A stretch of 64,000 nt of DNA from an uncultured Gammaproteobacteria bacterium (GTDB lineage Bacteria > Patescibacteriota > Patescibacteriia > UBA2196). Below the pieces are notes generated by a model that worked only from the letters and a program-made list of their open reading frames with translations, was not told the origin of the DNA and did not search any database. This document shows, piece after piece, positions 1 through 10,298 of this stretch. Numbering within the stretch: position 1 is the stretch's first letter; every line of letters starts with the position of its first letter. The translations under genes and the position numbers were made by a program. The DNA is taken from NCBI GenBank assembly GCA_964435065.1, contig CAYSXS010000003.1, positions 767-64,766 on the forward strand, written 5' to 3'.

Positions 1-716
1 ATTAAACTTCTTGTGTTAACCTTAACTGCACCTATCTCGTTAATTAATAGATCATAATATATTCCTTCAGCAGGAATGAACATAAAAGCAAACTCTAAAG
101 TATCTTCTTCGGGACGAATATATTTTGCTGTTTCATTTATCCTTTTCTTTAAATCTTCCTTAAAAGTTTTTTCTAATTCTAACTTTTTATCTTTATCTTT
201 TTCGTTTAATATTCGCCTATAATTCTCTAAAGGGAATTTAGCATCAACTGGCAATATTTTATCTTTAATATGGATAGCCGCATCTACAGCTTCTCCGTTT
301 TTAAAATGATACTGCATTTCAAAACTACCTGGAGGTAAAATATTATTCAAAATCATCTCCAATCCAGCTTCACCCAAACTTCCTCTGTTTTTTGAATTAG
401 TTAAAACTTGTTCTAAATTCTTAAGTTGTCCTGTGAAATCTACAACCTGCTTATTTGTATTCTCTAGCCTCTCCAATTTAGAAGTAACGTCTTTAATAAT
501 ATCCCCTGTTTGAAAAGATTGCTTCTGAATAAATTCTAAGTTCTTTTCTAAACTTCCTTTCATTTCATCTTTAATCTTCCCTATTTCATCATACATATCC
601 TTTAATTTATCATCCTGACCATCGTCTTTTCCGCTTTTACGCGTCAAAACAAACAGAACTGCTCCGAAACCAGCTATAACGAGGATTATTAAAATTATTT
701 GGAATATTGTTGACAT
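1..716 (-). CDS. rmuC: DNA recombination protein RmuC (3' end outside window)
   Basis: Manual translation from ATG 716: N-terminal TM, coiled coil, then KNRGSLGEAGLE...VDAKFPLENY...FAFMFIPAEGIYYDL, typical of RmuC. Confidence 0.88.
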   Translation of the reverse strand, partial: MSTIFQIILIILVIAGFGAVLFVLTRKSGKDDGQDDKLKDMYDEIGKIKDEMKGSLEKNLEFIQKQSFQTGDIIKDVTSKLERLENTNKQVVDFTGQLKNLEQVLTNSKNRGSLGEAGLEMILNNILPPGSFEMQYHFKNGEAVDAAIHIKDKILPVDAKFPLENYRRILNEKDKDKKLELEKTFKEDLKKRINETAKYIRPEEDTLEFAFMFIPAEGIYYDLLINEIGAVKVNTRSL

Positions 717-738
717 TTATTTCATTTAATGTTATATT
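710..738 (+). promoter_or_regulatory. sigma70-type promoter for receiver gene
   Basis: TTGACA(710-715)-17 bp-TATATT(733-738) with extended TG. Confidence 0.65.
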
Positions 739-795
739 ATTGTAACATAATACTAGATCATTGGAAAATTCATATAAAAAAAGAGGATGACTATA

Positions 796-1131
796 ATGAA
801 AAAAATATTAGTAGTAGATGGTGATGAAAATGTCTGTACTTCAATGTATGTTGGGTTAACTAGAAAGGGCTATTTCGTAGAAACAGCTAAAAACAGTGTG
901 GATGGACTTAAAAAAGCAAAGAAAAAATCCTTTAATTTTATCCTGACCGATATTGAGTCACCAAATTTTAATGGCGCTGTTCTGATCCCAATCACTACTA
1001 TTTTTCCTGAAATAAAAATTATTTTGATGTTAGCTCCCGGTTCTGAAAAACTTGAAGAGCGATTAACAAAATACCCACAACTATCAAAACCATTTAAGAT
1101 AACTGAACTTTTAGACATTCTCGAAAATTAA
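796..1131 (+). CDS. Stand-alone response regulator receiver domain (ORF track starts at 787)
   Basis: KKILVVD, LTDIESP (phospho-Asp), SKPF; AGAGGA lies 8 nt before ATG 796. Confidence 0.8.
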   Translation: MKKILVVDGDENVCTSMYVGLTRKGYFVETAKNSVDGLKKAKKKSFNFILTDIESPNFNGAVLIPITTIFPEIKIILMLAPGSEKLEERLTKYPQLSKPFKITELLDILEN

Positions 1132-1155
1132 CAATCCAGCAAAAGAGAAGCTATG

Positions 1156-2025
1156 TCATTTAAAATGCAAATTAAATAATTTCCCAAAATTTTCTGCTGT
1201 GGCTTTAGCTACTTCAGAAAAATTAATATTTTTTATCTCACCAACCTTACAAGCCACGAACTCAACGTTCTGTGGCTTATTTTTTTCTCCACGATGTGGT
1301 TCAGGTGTTAAATATGGAGCATCTGTTTCAACTAATATTCTATCTAAAGGAACAAATTTAACAATTTCTCTTAAATTATCAACTGATTTATTTTTAAAAG
1401 TAATAACTCCATTAAAACCAATATACATACCTAAATCTAAAAACTTTTTAGCTACTTCCTTAGTGGCCCTAGAATCAAAACTATGCACTACTCCTTTTAA
1501 TCCCCTATCTTTAACTATTTCATACAGATCATCATATGCATCGATGGGATTATCTTTACTTCCTCTTGCATGAAAAATAACTGGTAAATCATTTTTTTTA
1601 GCAAATTCTAATTGAGGAATCAATCCATCTTTTTGTAATCCTTTAATTTCTTCAAAATCCATGTTCTCTGGAATGTGCCAATAATCCAAACCAATCTCCC
1701 CTACTGCCACAATCTTGTTATTTTCATCTTCATCTAATAAATCTTGATATACCTTTTCGTTAAATTTTTCTTCACGAGATTTAAATTTAATTTCCTCCTC
1801 ATCAACTTCAGTTGATGATAAGTGAATTGGATGTAATCCAATTACTGCATAGATTGGATCGTTGGGATATTCATTAGCTATTCCTAAAGCTCTTTTAGAT
1901 GTATCTATCTGAGAACCAATATTAATAACGCCGATTTCTTTTTCTAAGCAATCGGCTATTATATCTCTATATTCATCTTTAAAAGATGAAAAATTTAAAT
2001 GACAGTGACTGTCTATTAGTTTCAT
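1156..2025 (-). CDS. tatD: TatD family hydrolase
   Basis: IDSHCHL, GLHP, VGEIGLDY, ETDAPYLTP. Confidence 0.95.
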   Translation of the reverse strand: MKLIDSHCHLNFSSFKDEYRDIIADCLEKEIGVINIGSQIDTSKRALGIANEYPNDPIYAVIGLHPIHLSSTEVDEEEIKFKSREEKFNEKVYQDLLDEDENNKIVAVGEIGLDYWHIPENMDFEEIKGLQKDGLIPQLEFAKKNDLPVIFHARGSKDNPIDAYDDLYEIVKDRGLKGVVHSFDSRATKEVAKKFLDLGMYIGFNGVITFKNKSVDNLREIVKFVPLDRILVETDAPYLTPEPHRGEKNKPQNVEFVACKVGEIKNINFSEVAKATAENFGKLFNLHFK

Positions 2026-2546
2026 AAAAAGTTAACTAGATTCTTAGCTTGATCAAATAGTTCTGGTAACAAAGGATGTAACCATGTTCCAATACCAAAT
2101 AAGTATTCTGCTAATTTTGAACCCTCAATCGCAGGAATTAAAAACTCAGCAAAAGGAAATCTAACCACAAAAACTAAAACCACTCCAACAACTATTCCTC
2201 CTTCAATAAAACCAAACATTAATCCAGTAATACGATTAATTGTTTTTAAAAAAGGAATTACAGACAATACATTATATATCTTATTCAAAATCCAGAACAC
2301 CAAACTAATTAATCTACTAACAATAATGAAAATTATGAAAAAACCAACAATCCTCGCCCAATTATCCGGCATTCCTAAATCAACAAACCAGTCCGCAAAA
2401 GGTTGGAAATAGTTAGCAGCAACTATTATACCTAATATTGTTCCTATTAAAGAACCCAATGAACGGATTAATCCAAAGAAAAATCCAGCAAAGGCAAAAA
2501 AGAACAGGATAATAACCAAAATGAAATCGAGCACAGTTAAAGTCAT
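2022..2546 (-). CDS. CvpA family membrane protein
   Basis: LDFILVII...GFFFGLIRSLGSLIG, NRITGLMFGFIEG; four TM segments. Confidence 0.85.
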   Translation of the reverse strand: MTLTVLDFILVIILFFFAFAGFFFGLIRSLGSLIGTILGIIVAANYFQPFADWFVDLGMPDNWARIVGFFIIFIIVSRLISLVFWILNKIYNVLSVIPFLKTINRITGLMFGFIEGGIVVGVVLVFVVRFPFAEFLIPAIEGSKLAEYLFGIGTWLHPLLPELFDQAKNLVNFL

Positions 2547-2557
2547 ATGTTTATATA

Positions 2558-3157
2558 TTATTTTATATTTTTAGCTATAAAGTTTAAATAAATACTTGTT
2601 CGGGGCTGAAATTTTTGAAAGTGTAAAATTTCAAACCCGTTCTGATCTAAAATGTTTTCTAATTCGCTTTGAGAATATAACATAAACAATCTTGGTTCTT
2701 TTACCCCCTTTGTGTCTCGTATAACCTCTCCCTCTCCTTCTAACATTCCTAATCCAAAAATACCTTCGGGTCTTAAAACTCTTCTAATTTCTGTTAATGC
2801 ATCTGTAATTTGTTTTTTTGATACATGTAACAAAGAGGTGTAAGCCCATACTCCGTCAAAGGTATCATCCGCAAAAGGAATTTCTAAAAAATTTGCTAAA
2901 ACAGTTTCAAAACCTTTTTGTTTACACATACTCACCATCTTTTCTGATGCATCTAGACAAACTACTTCAAAACCTTTTTGTTTTAAAATTAAAGCGTCAC
3001 GACCAGGTCCACTACCAACATCTAAAATTTTTCCTCGCCAAACGTACTTCTGAAATTCATCAAAAAAAGTATAAGGAAATTTTTCCCAAAATCCTTGTGT
3101 TTCCTCATCATACTCTTTGGCTAGTTTATTATATGTATCTATGGTCTGTTTGTGCAT
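2558..3157 (-). CDS. Class I SAM-dependent methyltransferase
   Basis: ILDVGSGPG, FDGVWAYTSLLH, RVLRPEG. Confidence 0.9.
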   Translation of the reverse strand: MHKQTIDTYNKLAKEYDEETQGFWEKFPYTFFDEFQKYVWRGKILDVGSGPGRDALILKQKGFEVVCLDASEKMVSMCKQKGFETVLANFLEIPFADDTFDGVWAYTSLLHVSKKQITDALTEIRRVLRPEGIFGLGMLEGEGEVIRDTKGVKEPRLFMLYSQSELENILDQNGFEILHFQKFQPRTSIYLNFIAKNIK

Positions 3158-3159
3158 AA

Positions 3160-4578
3160 CTATATTCTAGGAAATAGAGGATCTTGTTTTTTAATTTGTT
3201 TTTCACTGAACTGTTTAACAATTTTTTCAGAAATATCAGGCATAAATGGTGATAATAGCTCAGCTACATTTAAAATTACTTGAGCTACTGGTTCTAAAAC
3301 TTTTTTAATCTCATCTTTATCTTCCATTTTCCATGGTTTAGAATTACTAATATTTTCATCGCACTGCCTTAATCTGCTCCACAAAACCTCTAAAGCCTCA
3401 TTAAATTTATATTCCCCCATCTTCACATCAAATTCTTTTTTTAATTCTTCATCACTTCCTACTTGTATAGTAACTTCAATTTCATTCTGTTCTAAAAGAT
3501 TAGATGTACGAGCAACTAAATTACCTAGACCGTTTGCTAAATCTGCATTATATTGTTGTTCAAAAGCCTCATTTGAAAAATCACTATCATCAACAGGATG
3601 AATATGGCGTAGTAAATAATATCGTATAGGGTCTGTACCATATTTTCCAATCAGTTCAAAAGGATCTATTACATTGCCAAGAGATTTGCTCATTTTTTGT
3701 CCTCCAGCAGTAATAAAACCATGAATGAAAATCTGTTTTGAAGTTGGTAAACCAGCAGACAAAAGCATTGCTTGCCACATTGAAGATTGTTGGCGTAAAT
3801 TATCTTTTCCTGCAACTTGTACTCCTGGCCAATATTCATTAAATTTTTCTTCATTATCAGGCCAACCCAAACATGAGATATAGTTTATGAGAGCATCAAA
3901 CCAAACATAGATAACATGTTCATCATCATTAGGAACAGAAACACCCCAAGGCATTTTTTCTTTTAAACGTGAGATACTAAAATCTTGTAATCCTCTTTCT
4001 GTAAATTTTGTAATTTCATTTAACCTAAAACCAGGCACAATAAAGTCTGGGTTATTTTTATATAATTCTAAAAGTTTATCTTGATAATTTGAATAACGGA
4101 AAAAATAATTTTCTTCTTCTATTGTTTCTAAATCTAAATTAGGATGGATTGGACATTTATCATTTTCCAGTTCTGACTCTGTTTTTTCTAATTCACAACC
4201 AACACAATATTTAACTTTATAACTCTTCTTATAAATATCCCCTTTATCAAAACATCTTTTCCAAAACTCTTGGGCTGCTTTTATGTGATCCCCATCTGTA
4301 GTACGAATAAAGTTATCATAACTTAAATTTAAAGCCTTCTTTAAATCATCAAATTTAGCAGCATATTCATCACAATATTCCTGAGGATCCCTTTTTTGCT
4401 CCATAGCATTACGATAAATTTTTAAACCATGTTCATCAGTACCTGTATTAAAAAAAACTTCATCACCTTTTTGGCGATTATATCTAGCCATTGCATCTGC
4501 TTGTACAATTTCTAAAGCAAAGCCAATATGTGGCTTGTCATTAACATAGGGTAAAGTTGTTGTAATGTAATATTTCAT
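3160..4578 (-). CDS. metG: Methionine--tRNA ligase (short form)
   Basis: YYITTTLPYVN, HIGF, YVWFDALINY, KMSKS. Confidence 0.97.
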   Translation of the reverse strand: MKYYITTTLPYVNDKPHIGFALEIVQADAMARYNRQKGDEVFFNTGTDEHGLKIYRNAMEQKRDPQEYCDEYAAKFDDLKKALNLSYDNFIRTTDGDHIKAAQEFWKRCFDKGDIYKKSYKVKYCVGCELEKTESELENDKCPIHPNLDLETIEEENYFFRYSNYQDKLLELYKNNPDFIVPGFRLNEITKFTERGLQDFSISRLKEKMPWGVSVPNDDEHVIYVWFDALINYISCLGWPDNEEKFNEYWPGVQVAGKDNLRQQSSMWQAMLLSAGLPTSKQIFIHGFITAGGQKMSKSLGNVIDPFELIGKYGTDPIRYYLLRHIHPVDDSDFSNEAFEQQYNADLANGLGNLVARTSNLLEQNEIEVTIQVGSDEELKKEFDVKMGEYKFNEALEVLWSRLRQCDENISNSKPWKMEDKDEIKKVLEPVAQVILNVAELLSPFMPDISEKIVKQFSEKQIKKQDPLFPRI

Positions 4579-4590
4579 ATATATAATCGT

Positions 4591-5241
4591 CTATCCAACT
4601 ACTACCACATACTCACCCTTTATTTTATCACCCTCTACTTGTTCTAAAACTTCTTCAATGTTTCCGCGGTAAATAGTTTCAAATTTTTTAGTTAATTCTC
4701 GACAAACTACAAATCTTTTATCTTTTGTTTTAAATTCTTGTAACATTTTTAATGTTTTTATAATTCTATGTTTTGATTCATAAAAAACAACTGTTTTCTT
4801 TTCTTCCCAAACTTGTTTTAATATCTTTTGTTTTCCTTTTTTGTGAGGTATAAACCCAAGAAAAATAAACTCATCTGTTGGTAACCCGCTGACTGACAGT
4901 GCTGAAATTACAGCACTTGCTCCAGGAATCGGGACAACTTCTATATCAACCAGTTCACTAATTAATTTATTGCCTGGGTCAGATATACCTGGCGTGCCAG
5001 CATCTGTAACAAGAGCAACATCATTATCTTTAATTAAATTAATTAATGAATCTACTTTTTTTTGATTAGAATGTTGATGATAACTAATTAGTCTCTTATT
5101 CTTTATCTCATAACGATCTAATAACCTCTTTGTAATCCTAGTGTCTTCGCATAAAATATATTCTACTTGCTTTAACACATTTAATGCTCTTAAAGTAATA
5201 TCTTCTAAATTTCCAATAGGTGTTGCTACAATATATATCAT
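4591..5241 (-). CDS. rsmI: 16S rRNA (cytidine1402-2'-O)-methyltransferase
   Basis: YIVATPIGNLEDITLRAL, DAGTPGISDPG, RELTKKFE. Confidence 0.97.
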   Translation of the reverse strand: MIYIVATPIGNLEDITLRALNVLKQVEYILCEDTRITKRLLDRYEIKNKRLISYHQHSNQKKVDSLINLIKDNDVALVTDAGTPGISDPGNKLISELVDIEVVPIPGASAVISALSVSGLPTDEFIFLGFIPHKKGKQKILKQVWEEKKTVVFYESKHRIIKTLKMLQEFKTKDKRFVVCRELTKKFETIYRGNIEEVLEQVEGDKIKGEYVVVVG

Positions 5242-5249
5242 AAAAATAT

Positions 5250-6281
5250 CTATTTTTTTTCTTCATCATTACTACCAAAAACACCTTTTGGCACAAACTC
5301 ATTAAGTAAAATACTAAGCATAGCAGCTACTGGTACAGCTAATAAAGCGCCGACAATGCCAGCCAATCTTCCACCAACCAGAATTGCAACTATTACAATA
5401 ACAGGGTTTAAACCAGTTGCCTTTTGCATAACTTTTGGTACTAATACATGATTTTCAAGCTGTTGAACGATTAAATACAATATGCCAACCAACAAAGCTT
5501 TAAGCCAAGAATCTGATACAGCTATAAATATTGCTGGGATTGCACCAAGGAATGGTCCTACAAAAGGAATTATCTCTGTTAAACCAGCAATTAAAGCTAA
5601 TAACAAGGCATATTTAACACCCATTATTGTCAATCCTAAATATGTCATCAAACCAACCACCAGCATCAGGGTTAATTGCCCACGCAACCACAAACCCATT
5701 GTATCCTGAATTCGATCAATTAATTTAACTGCATAAGATCTAAATTTCTTTGGTGTAACAAATTGTATAAAATGTTTTAAACCCTGTTCTTCTACAACTA
5801 AATAGAAAACAATAACTAATACAGACAGTAAAGAAATTAAACCACCAAATATACCTGTTAAGGTAGAGAAAACTCCTTTAGTTGCTTCACCAAGATTAGC
5901 ACTCAAACTACTCAGAGCTTCTGGTAAATTAGATTGTCCTCCTCCACCTCCATCCTGAACACTATTTATCCCTAACATCACCTGTTCATAATATCCTGGT
6001 AAATTCTTTGCAAATTGGCCTACTTGTTCTGAAATAGGCGGAATAAGCATAACCAAAACTAAACTAAAAACTGCAAAGATTATTAAATAGATAACAAGAA
6101 TAGAAACTGCACGTGGTATTTTGTGCTTCTGAAAATAATCAACAAAAGGATCTAGTGCAGCAGCAGCTACGATTGAGATAAAAACCAAAGCCACTACTTC
6201 ACGTATAACATAGAAAAAAGCCAAAACTAAAAGTACAAAAATTACTCTTAGAATTGATTGGTATGAAATTGTTTTGTCCAT
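5250..6281 (-). CDS. AI-2E family transporter
   Basis: IPFVGP, QQLENHVLVPKVM, GALLAVP. Confidence 0.92.
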   Translation of the reverse strand: MDKTISYQSILRVIFVLLVLAFFYVIREVVALVFISIVAAAALDPFVDYFQKHKIPRAVSILVIYLIIFAVFSLVLVMLIPPISEQVGQFAKNLPGYYEQVMLGINSVQDGGGGGQSNLPEALSSLSANLGEATKGVFSTLTGIFGGLISLLSVLVIVFYLVVEEQGLKHFIQFVTPKKFRSYAVKLIDRIQDTMGLWLRGQLTLMLVVGLMTYLGLTIMGVKYALLLALIAGLTEIIPFVGPFLGAIPAIFIAVSDSWLKALLVGILYLIVQQLENHVLVPKVMQKATGLNPVIVIVAILVGGRLAGIVGALLAVPVAAMLSILLNEFVPKGVFGSNDEEKK

Positions 6282-6297
6282 ATATTTATTTTTTATT

Positions 6298-7563
6298 TTA
6301 TATTTTTAAAATCTTTAAAAATTCTTTTTCAGACTTAAATGGTCCAATTAAAGCTAAATTAATATTTTTAGTCTGAAATATCTTTTTGGCTACCCTATCA
6401 ACATCTTTCTTTGTAATTTTCATAATCTCTGCAATCTTTTGTTCTGGGGTTTTAGTCTTCTTGTTTAACAATTGTTCACGACCATACCATCCAGCAACAA
6501 AAGAAGAATCTTCTAAATGTAAAATAATCTTACCTTTAAAATATTCTTTAGCACGATTTAGCTCTTCTTTGGTAACTCCATTCTTTTTTATCTTCCTAAT
6601 CTCATTGAAAATAGATTCTACTGCTGGGATAATTCTATCCTTATCTAAACCAGCCCTAATATTTAAATTACCAATTTCTTCATAAACATTTAAACTCGAG
6701 CTAATATAGTAACAAAGACCTTGTCTTTCACGAATGTTGATAAATAACCTAGAACTGGCAAACCCACCTAAGATTATAGACATAAGACTTATAATTGATA
6801 TATCTTTATCTCTATCCCCAGGACTGATGAAACCCAAAGATAAGTGTGCTTGCTCCGTCTTCTTGTATTTTAATAAAAGGTTGGGTTTATTTTGTTTTAA
6901 ATTAACTTTATCAAACTTAGCTTTACTCTTATTCTTTAAGTTATTCCCAAAATATCTTTCAACCATTTTCCTAATATCTTTTTGTTCCATGTTTCCTGCC
7001 ACACTAACCAACATATTTTTTGGGAAATAATATTTATCTTTGTAATTTAACATTTTACTGCGTGTCACACTACGAACATTTTCTTTACTGCCTAATTGAT
7101 CATGCATTAAACTATTTCCTTTATACATAATTTCTTCCATTAAAACCTCTGTCCAAGCCATTGGCACGTCATCATACATATTCATTTCTTCGATAATAGT
7201 ACCCTTTTCTCTATTTATTTCTTTTTCTTCTAATTTAGAATTAAAAATCACATCAGACAAAACATCTAAAGCTAATTCTAAATGTTCTGAATTTATCTTT
7301 ACATAAAAACCTGTATGATCTTTGGTTGTAAAAAAGTTATATTCTGCACCAACCGAATCAAGTTCCCGCGATAAAGCTAATGTTGTTGGCCTGTCTTTTG
7401 TTCCCTTAAACAGCATGTGTTCAAGGAAATGTGACATGCCGGTAATGTTTTTTGGTTCATGACGTGATCCAACACCAACCAAAACCAACGCAGTAACGGC
7501 TTTTGTTTCTTTCTGCGGTGTCAAAATAACTTGTAATCCATTCTTTAATTTATATTTTTTCAT
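6298..7563 (-). CDS. M16 family zinc peptidase
   Basis: HFLEH inverted zincin motif, SSRLFINIRERQGLCY. Confidence 0.95.
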   Translation of the reverse strand: MKKYKLKNGLQVILTPQKETKAVTALVLVGVGSRHEPKNITGMSHFLEHMLFKGTKDRPTTLALSRELDSVGAEYNFFTTKDHTGFYVKINSEHLELALDVLSDVIFNSKLEEKEINREKGTIIEEMNMYDDVPMAWTEVLMEEIMYKGNSLMHDQLGSKENVRSVTRSKMLNYKDKYYFPKNMLVSVAGNMEQKDIRKMVERYFGNNLKNKSKAKFDKVNLKQNKPNLLLKYKKTEQAHLSLGFISPGDRDKDISIISLMSIILGGFASSRLFINIRERQGLCYYISSSLNVYEEIGNLNIRAGLDKDRIIPAVESIFNEIRKIKKNGVTKEELNRAKEYFKGKIILHLEDSSFVAGWYGREQLLNKKTKTPEQKIAEIMKITKKDVDRVAKKIFQTKNINLALIGPFKSEKEFLKILKI

Positions 7564-8060
7564 CTCAACTTCTTTTCTAAAGTTAATTCGTAGTCTTTAA
7601 AACCATTTTTTCTATAAAAATTTATTCCTGATAAATTTTGAGCTAAAGCTGTAACTGAAATATATTTAACTTTTTTCTTTTTACACCAGTTAACAAAATT
7701 TTTAACCAATACCCCACCAATTCCGTTACTTCTACAATTTTTATCAATTATCATATTTTCTAATTCTGCATATTTTTCATTTTTTCGATAAGACTGTATT
7801 TTAGATAAACCACCACACAAATACCCAACAACTTTATTTGTTGTGTTTTCAAACACAACTTCAACAAAACCATTGCTTTTTTGAATCCTATCTTTAAAAT
7901 ACTTCTTACTGCCGCTACTGTAAACACTATTTAAATCTAAGCTTTTGTCATATTCCTTATACTCTTTTTTGTTCAAATCTAAATTCAATCTTAAAATATC
8001 TTCTAAGTTGTTTATTGTTGCCTTTTTTATAATAAAATTTTTCAATTTGTATTTTTTCAT
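7560..8060 (-). CDS. GNAT family N-acetyltransferase
   Basis: RSNGIGGVLV acetyl-CoA motif, NFYRKNGF; start moved to ATG 8060, just after the glyQS stop. Confidence 0.88.
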   Translation of the reverse strand: MKKYKLKNFIIKKATINNLEDILRLNLDLNKKEYKEYDKSLDLNSVYSSGSKKYFKDRIQKSNGFVEVVFENTTNKVVGYLCGGLSKIQSYRKNEKYAELENMIIDKNCRSNGIGGVLVKNFVNWCKKKKVKYISVTALAQNLSGINFYRKNGFKDYELTLEKKLR

Positions 8061-8061
8061 T

Positions 8062-9393
8062 TTATAACCTATCTTCGAAATATTTTTCCAACTCATCAAT
8101 TTTTACTCTCTCTTGCTCCATCGTGTCTCTATCACGAACAGTAACAGAATTATCTTTCTCTAAAGTATCAAAATCAACAGTTACACAGTATGGAGTACCA
8201 ATTTCATCTTGACGGCGATAACGTTTACCAATTGATCCTGTTTGGTCATATTGACACATCCATTTTGCAGACAAAGTTTCAAAAATTTTCTGTGCTGAAT
8301 CTTGCAAAGGATCTTTTTTGAAAAGAGGGAAGATGGCAATCTTAATTGGTGCTAAATCCTTATGTAATTTCAATACAACTTCAGTTTGATGTTTAGAGTC
8401 ATCATCACCACTACGCGTCTCTACTTCTGTATATGCATCAATTAAAAACATTAAAACAGCTCTATCAGCACCCATTGAAACTTCTTGTACCCAAGGAATA
8501 AACTTATTCTTATCTTGATCTGTATAATTCATATCTTCACCACTAAACTCCCCATGACGAGATAAATCCCAATCACCACGATTGTGTACACCAGCGAACT
8601 CATTCCAATCACCAAACGGTGTCTTGTATTCAATATCCCATGCCTCTTTAGCATAATGTGCCAACTCATCTTTTTCGTGCTGACGCCAACGAATATTATC
8701 TTTTTTATTAATTAATTGTTTATACCAATTCATTGTCCATTCTTTCCACTCGTTATAGAATTTATCAGCATCTTTTTCATTCACAAAATATTGCATTTCC
8801 ATTTGTTCAAATTCACGAGTTCTGAAAATAAAATTACCTGGAGTTATTTCATTACGAAAAGCTTTACCAATTTGAGCAATACCAAATGGAATTTTTTTCC
8901 GCATTGAATCTTTAACATTTAAATAGTTCAAATAAATACCTTGGCAAGTTTCACCTCTCATGTATGCCTCATCTTGTTTTCCTTCTATTGCACCAAGATT
9001 TGTTTTCATTAATAAGTTAAATTGTTTTGATTCACCTAATTCTCCTTGACAGTCAGGACATTCTTTTTTTTCTAATTGATCTTCACGAAATCTTTTCTTA
9101 CATTTTTTACATTCCACCAAAGGATCTGTAAAATTTTCTAAATGACCAGATGCTTCCCAAACAATTTTTGGAGATAAAATAGCACTATCTAACCCAACTA
9201 CATCCTGTCGTTTTTGTACCATTTCTTTCCACCAAGCTTTCTTAACATTATTCTTAAGTTCAACACCTAAAGGGCCATAATCCCAACATGAACGAAGACC
9301 ACCATAAATTTCTGATGCTGGAAAGACAAAACCACGTCTTTTAGCTAAAGACACCAGTTTTTCCATTTTTTCTGATTGTTTTTTATCAGCCAT
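8062..9393 (-). CDS. glyQS: Glycine--tRNA ligase (homodimeric type)
   Basis: LAKRRGFVFP, DYGPLG, FRNEITPGNFIFRTREFEQME, IGKRYRRQDEIGTP. Confidence 0.97.
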   Translation of the reverse strand: MADKKQSEKMEKLVSLAKRRGFVFPASEIYGGLRSCWDYGPLGVELKNNVKKAWWKEMVQKRQDVVGLDSAILSPKIVWEASGHLENFTDPLVECKKCKKRFREDQLEKKECPDCQGELGESKQFNLLMKTNLGAIEGKQDEAYMRGETCQGIYLNYLNVKDSMRKKIPFGIAQIGKAFRNEITPGNFIFRTREFEQMEMQYFVNEKDADKFYNEWKEWTMNWYKQLINKKDNIRWRQHEKDELAHYAKEAWDIEYKTPFGDWNEFAGVHNRGDWDLSRHGEFSGEDMNYTDQDKNKFIPWVQEVSMGADRAVLMFLIDAYTEVETRSGDDDSKHQTEVVLKLHKDLAPIKIAIFPLFKKDPLQDSAQKIFETLSAKWMCQYDQTGSIGKRYRRQDEIGTPYCVTVDFDTLEKDNSVTVRDRDTMEQERVKIDELEKYFEDRL

Positions 9394-9802
9394 AAAGTTT
9401 TTGAATAATTTGCGAAAATTCTAAAATATCTTCCAGATTTTTATGTAAAATATTATGTACAAGGTTATAATCTATTTTTCTATAATCATGGACAATTACA
9501 TTTCTAAAACCTGCCATATTAATAAGTTTTCTGTATAATTCTTCGTTTATTACATCTTTATCTTTTAAAATATAAAAGCTTTCACTTAAAGTAGTTGGTT
9601 TTCTAAAATTTTTAGCAGAAATAAAAGCTTCTGCTAAATCAATAGTCGCTTGTGTTGCTAAATGCAGATATCTTTCGACTGCTCCTCGAATATCAACATT
9701 ATTAGTTATTTCTTCAACTGAATATTGTTTATATCGTTCAAGAATATCCAAATATTCTCTAATAGCACTAATCTTATTTTCAATAACATCTGATTTAAGC
9801 AT
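9386..9802 (-). CDS. HEPN/DUF86 toxin (HepT-like)
   Basis: RNVIVHDY RX4H motif; overlaps the upstream MNT gene. Confidence 0.9.
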   Translation of the reverse strand: MLKSDVIENKISAIREYLDILERYKQYSVEEITNNVDIRGAVERYLHLATQATIDLAEAFISAKNFRKPTTLSESFYILKDKDVINEELYRKLINMAGFRNVIVHDYRKIDYNLVHNILHKNLEDILEFSQIIQKLYG

Positions 9803-10217
9803 AAGTTTCTTGATATTTAGTTAAACCATAACGAGAAAGTATCATTTTAAAATCAAAATATTCATTTAATATTTTTGGTTCGATTATAACTTTTTGTTCT
9901 TTATCTCTTTCCAAAATTATATCTCCATTAATTATTGCATACTTTAACTCTGGAGATTCTGTTAAATTTAAAACCACCACATCAATATTATCAGTTTTTA
10001 AAAATAAACTTAAATCACTTATTAATTCCAGTTTAATTTTAAACATTTCAGTTTCATTTAGCTTTTCGTCTAAATATATTGCAAAATCATAATCACTCAT
10101 TGGCCCCGAATTACCATTTGCTTGAGAACCAAAAAGATACGCTAATTCAACTGACTCACGTTTTTCAAAAATTAATTTGACTTTTTTTATCAAATTTTGT
10201 TTATTTTCTTGATTCAT
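9795..10217 (-). CDS. Minimal nucleotidyltransferase antitoxin (MntA-like)
   Basis: YLFGSQANG..SDYDFAI; start taken at MNQEN (10217). Confidence 0.9.
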   Translation of the reverse strand: MNQENKQNLIKKVKLIFEKRESVELAYLFGSQANGNSGPMSDYDFAIYLDEKLNETEMFKIKLELISDLSLFLKTDNIDVVVLNLTESPELKYAIINGDIILERDKEQKVIIEPKILNEYFDFKMILSRYGLTKYQETYA

Positions 10218-10298
10218 ATACTCTAATTGTATAATATTTATCAATTTTGAGCAAATAAAAACAGATAATAACACCTATTATCCATTATTCTCCAGATA

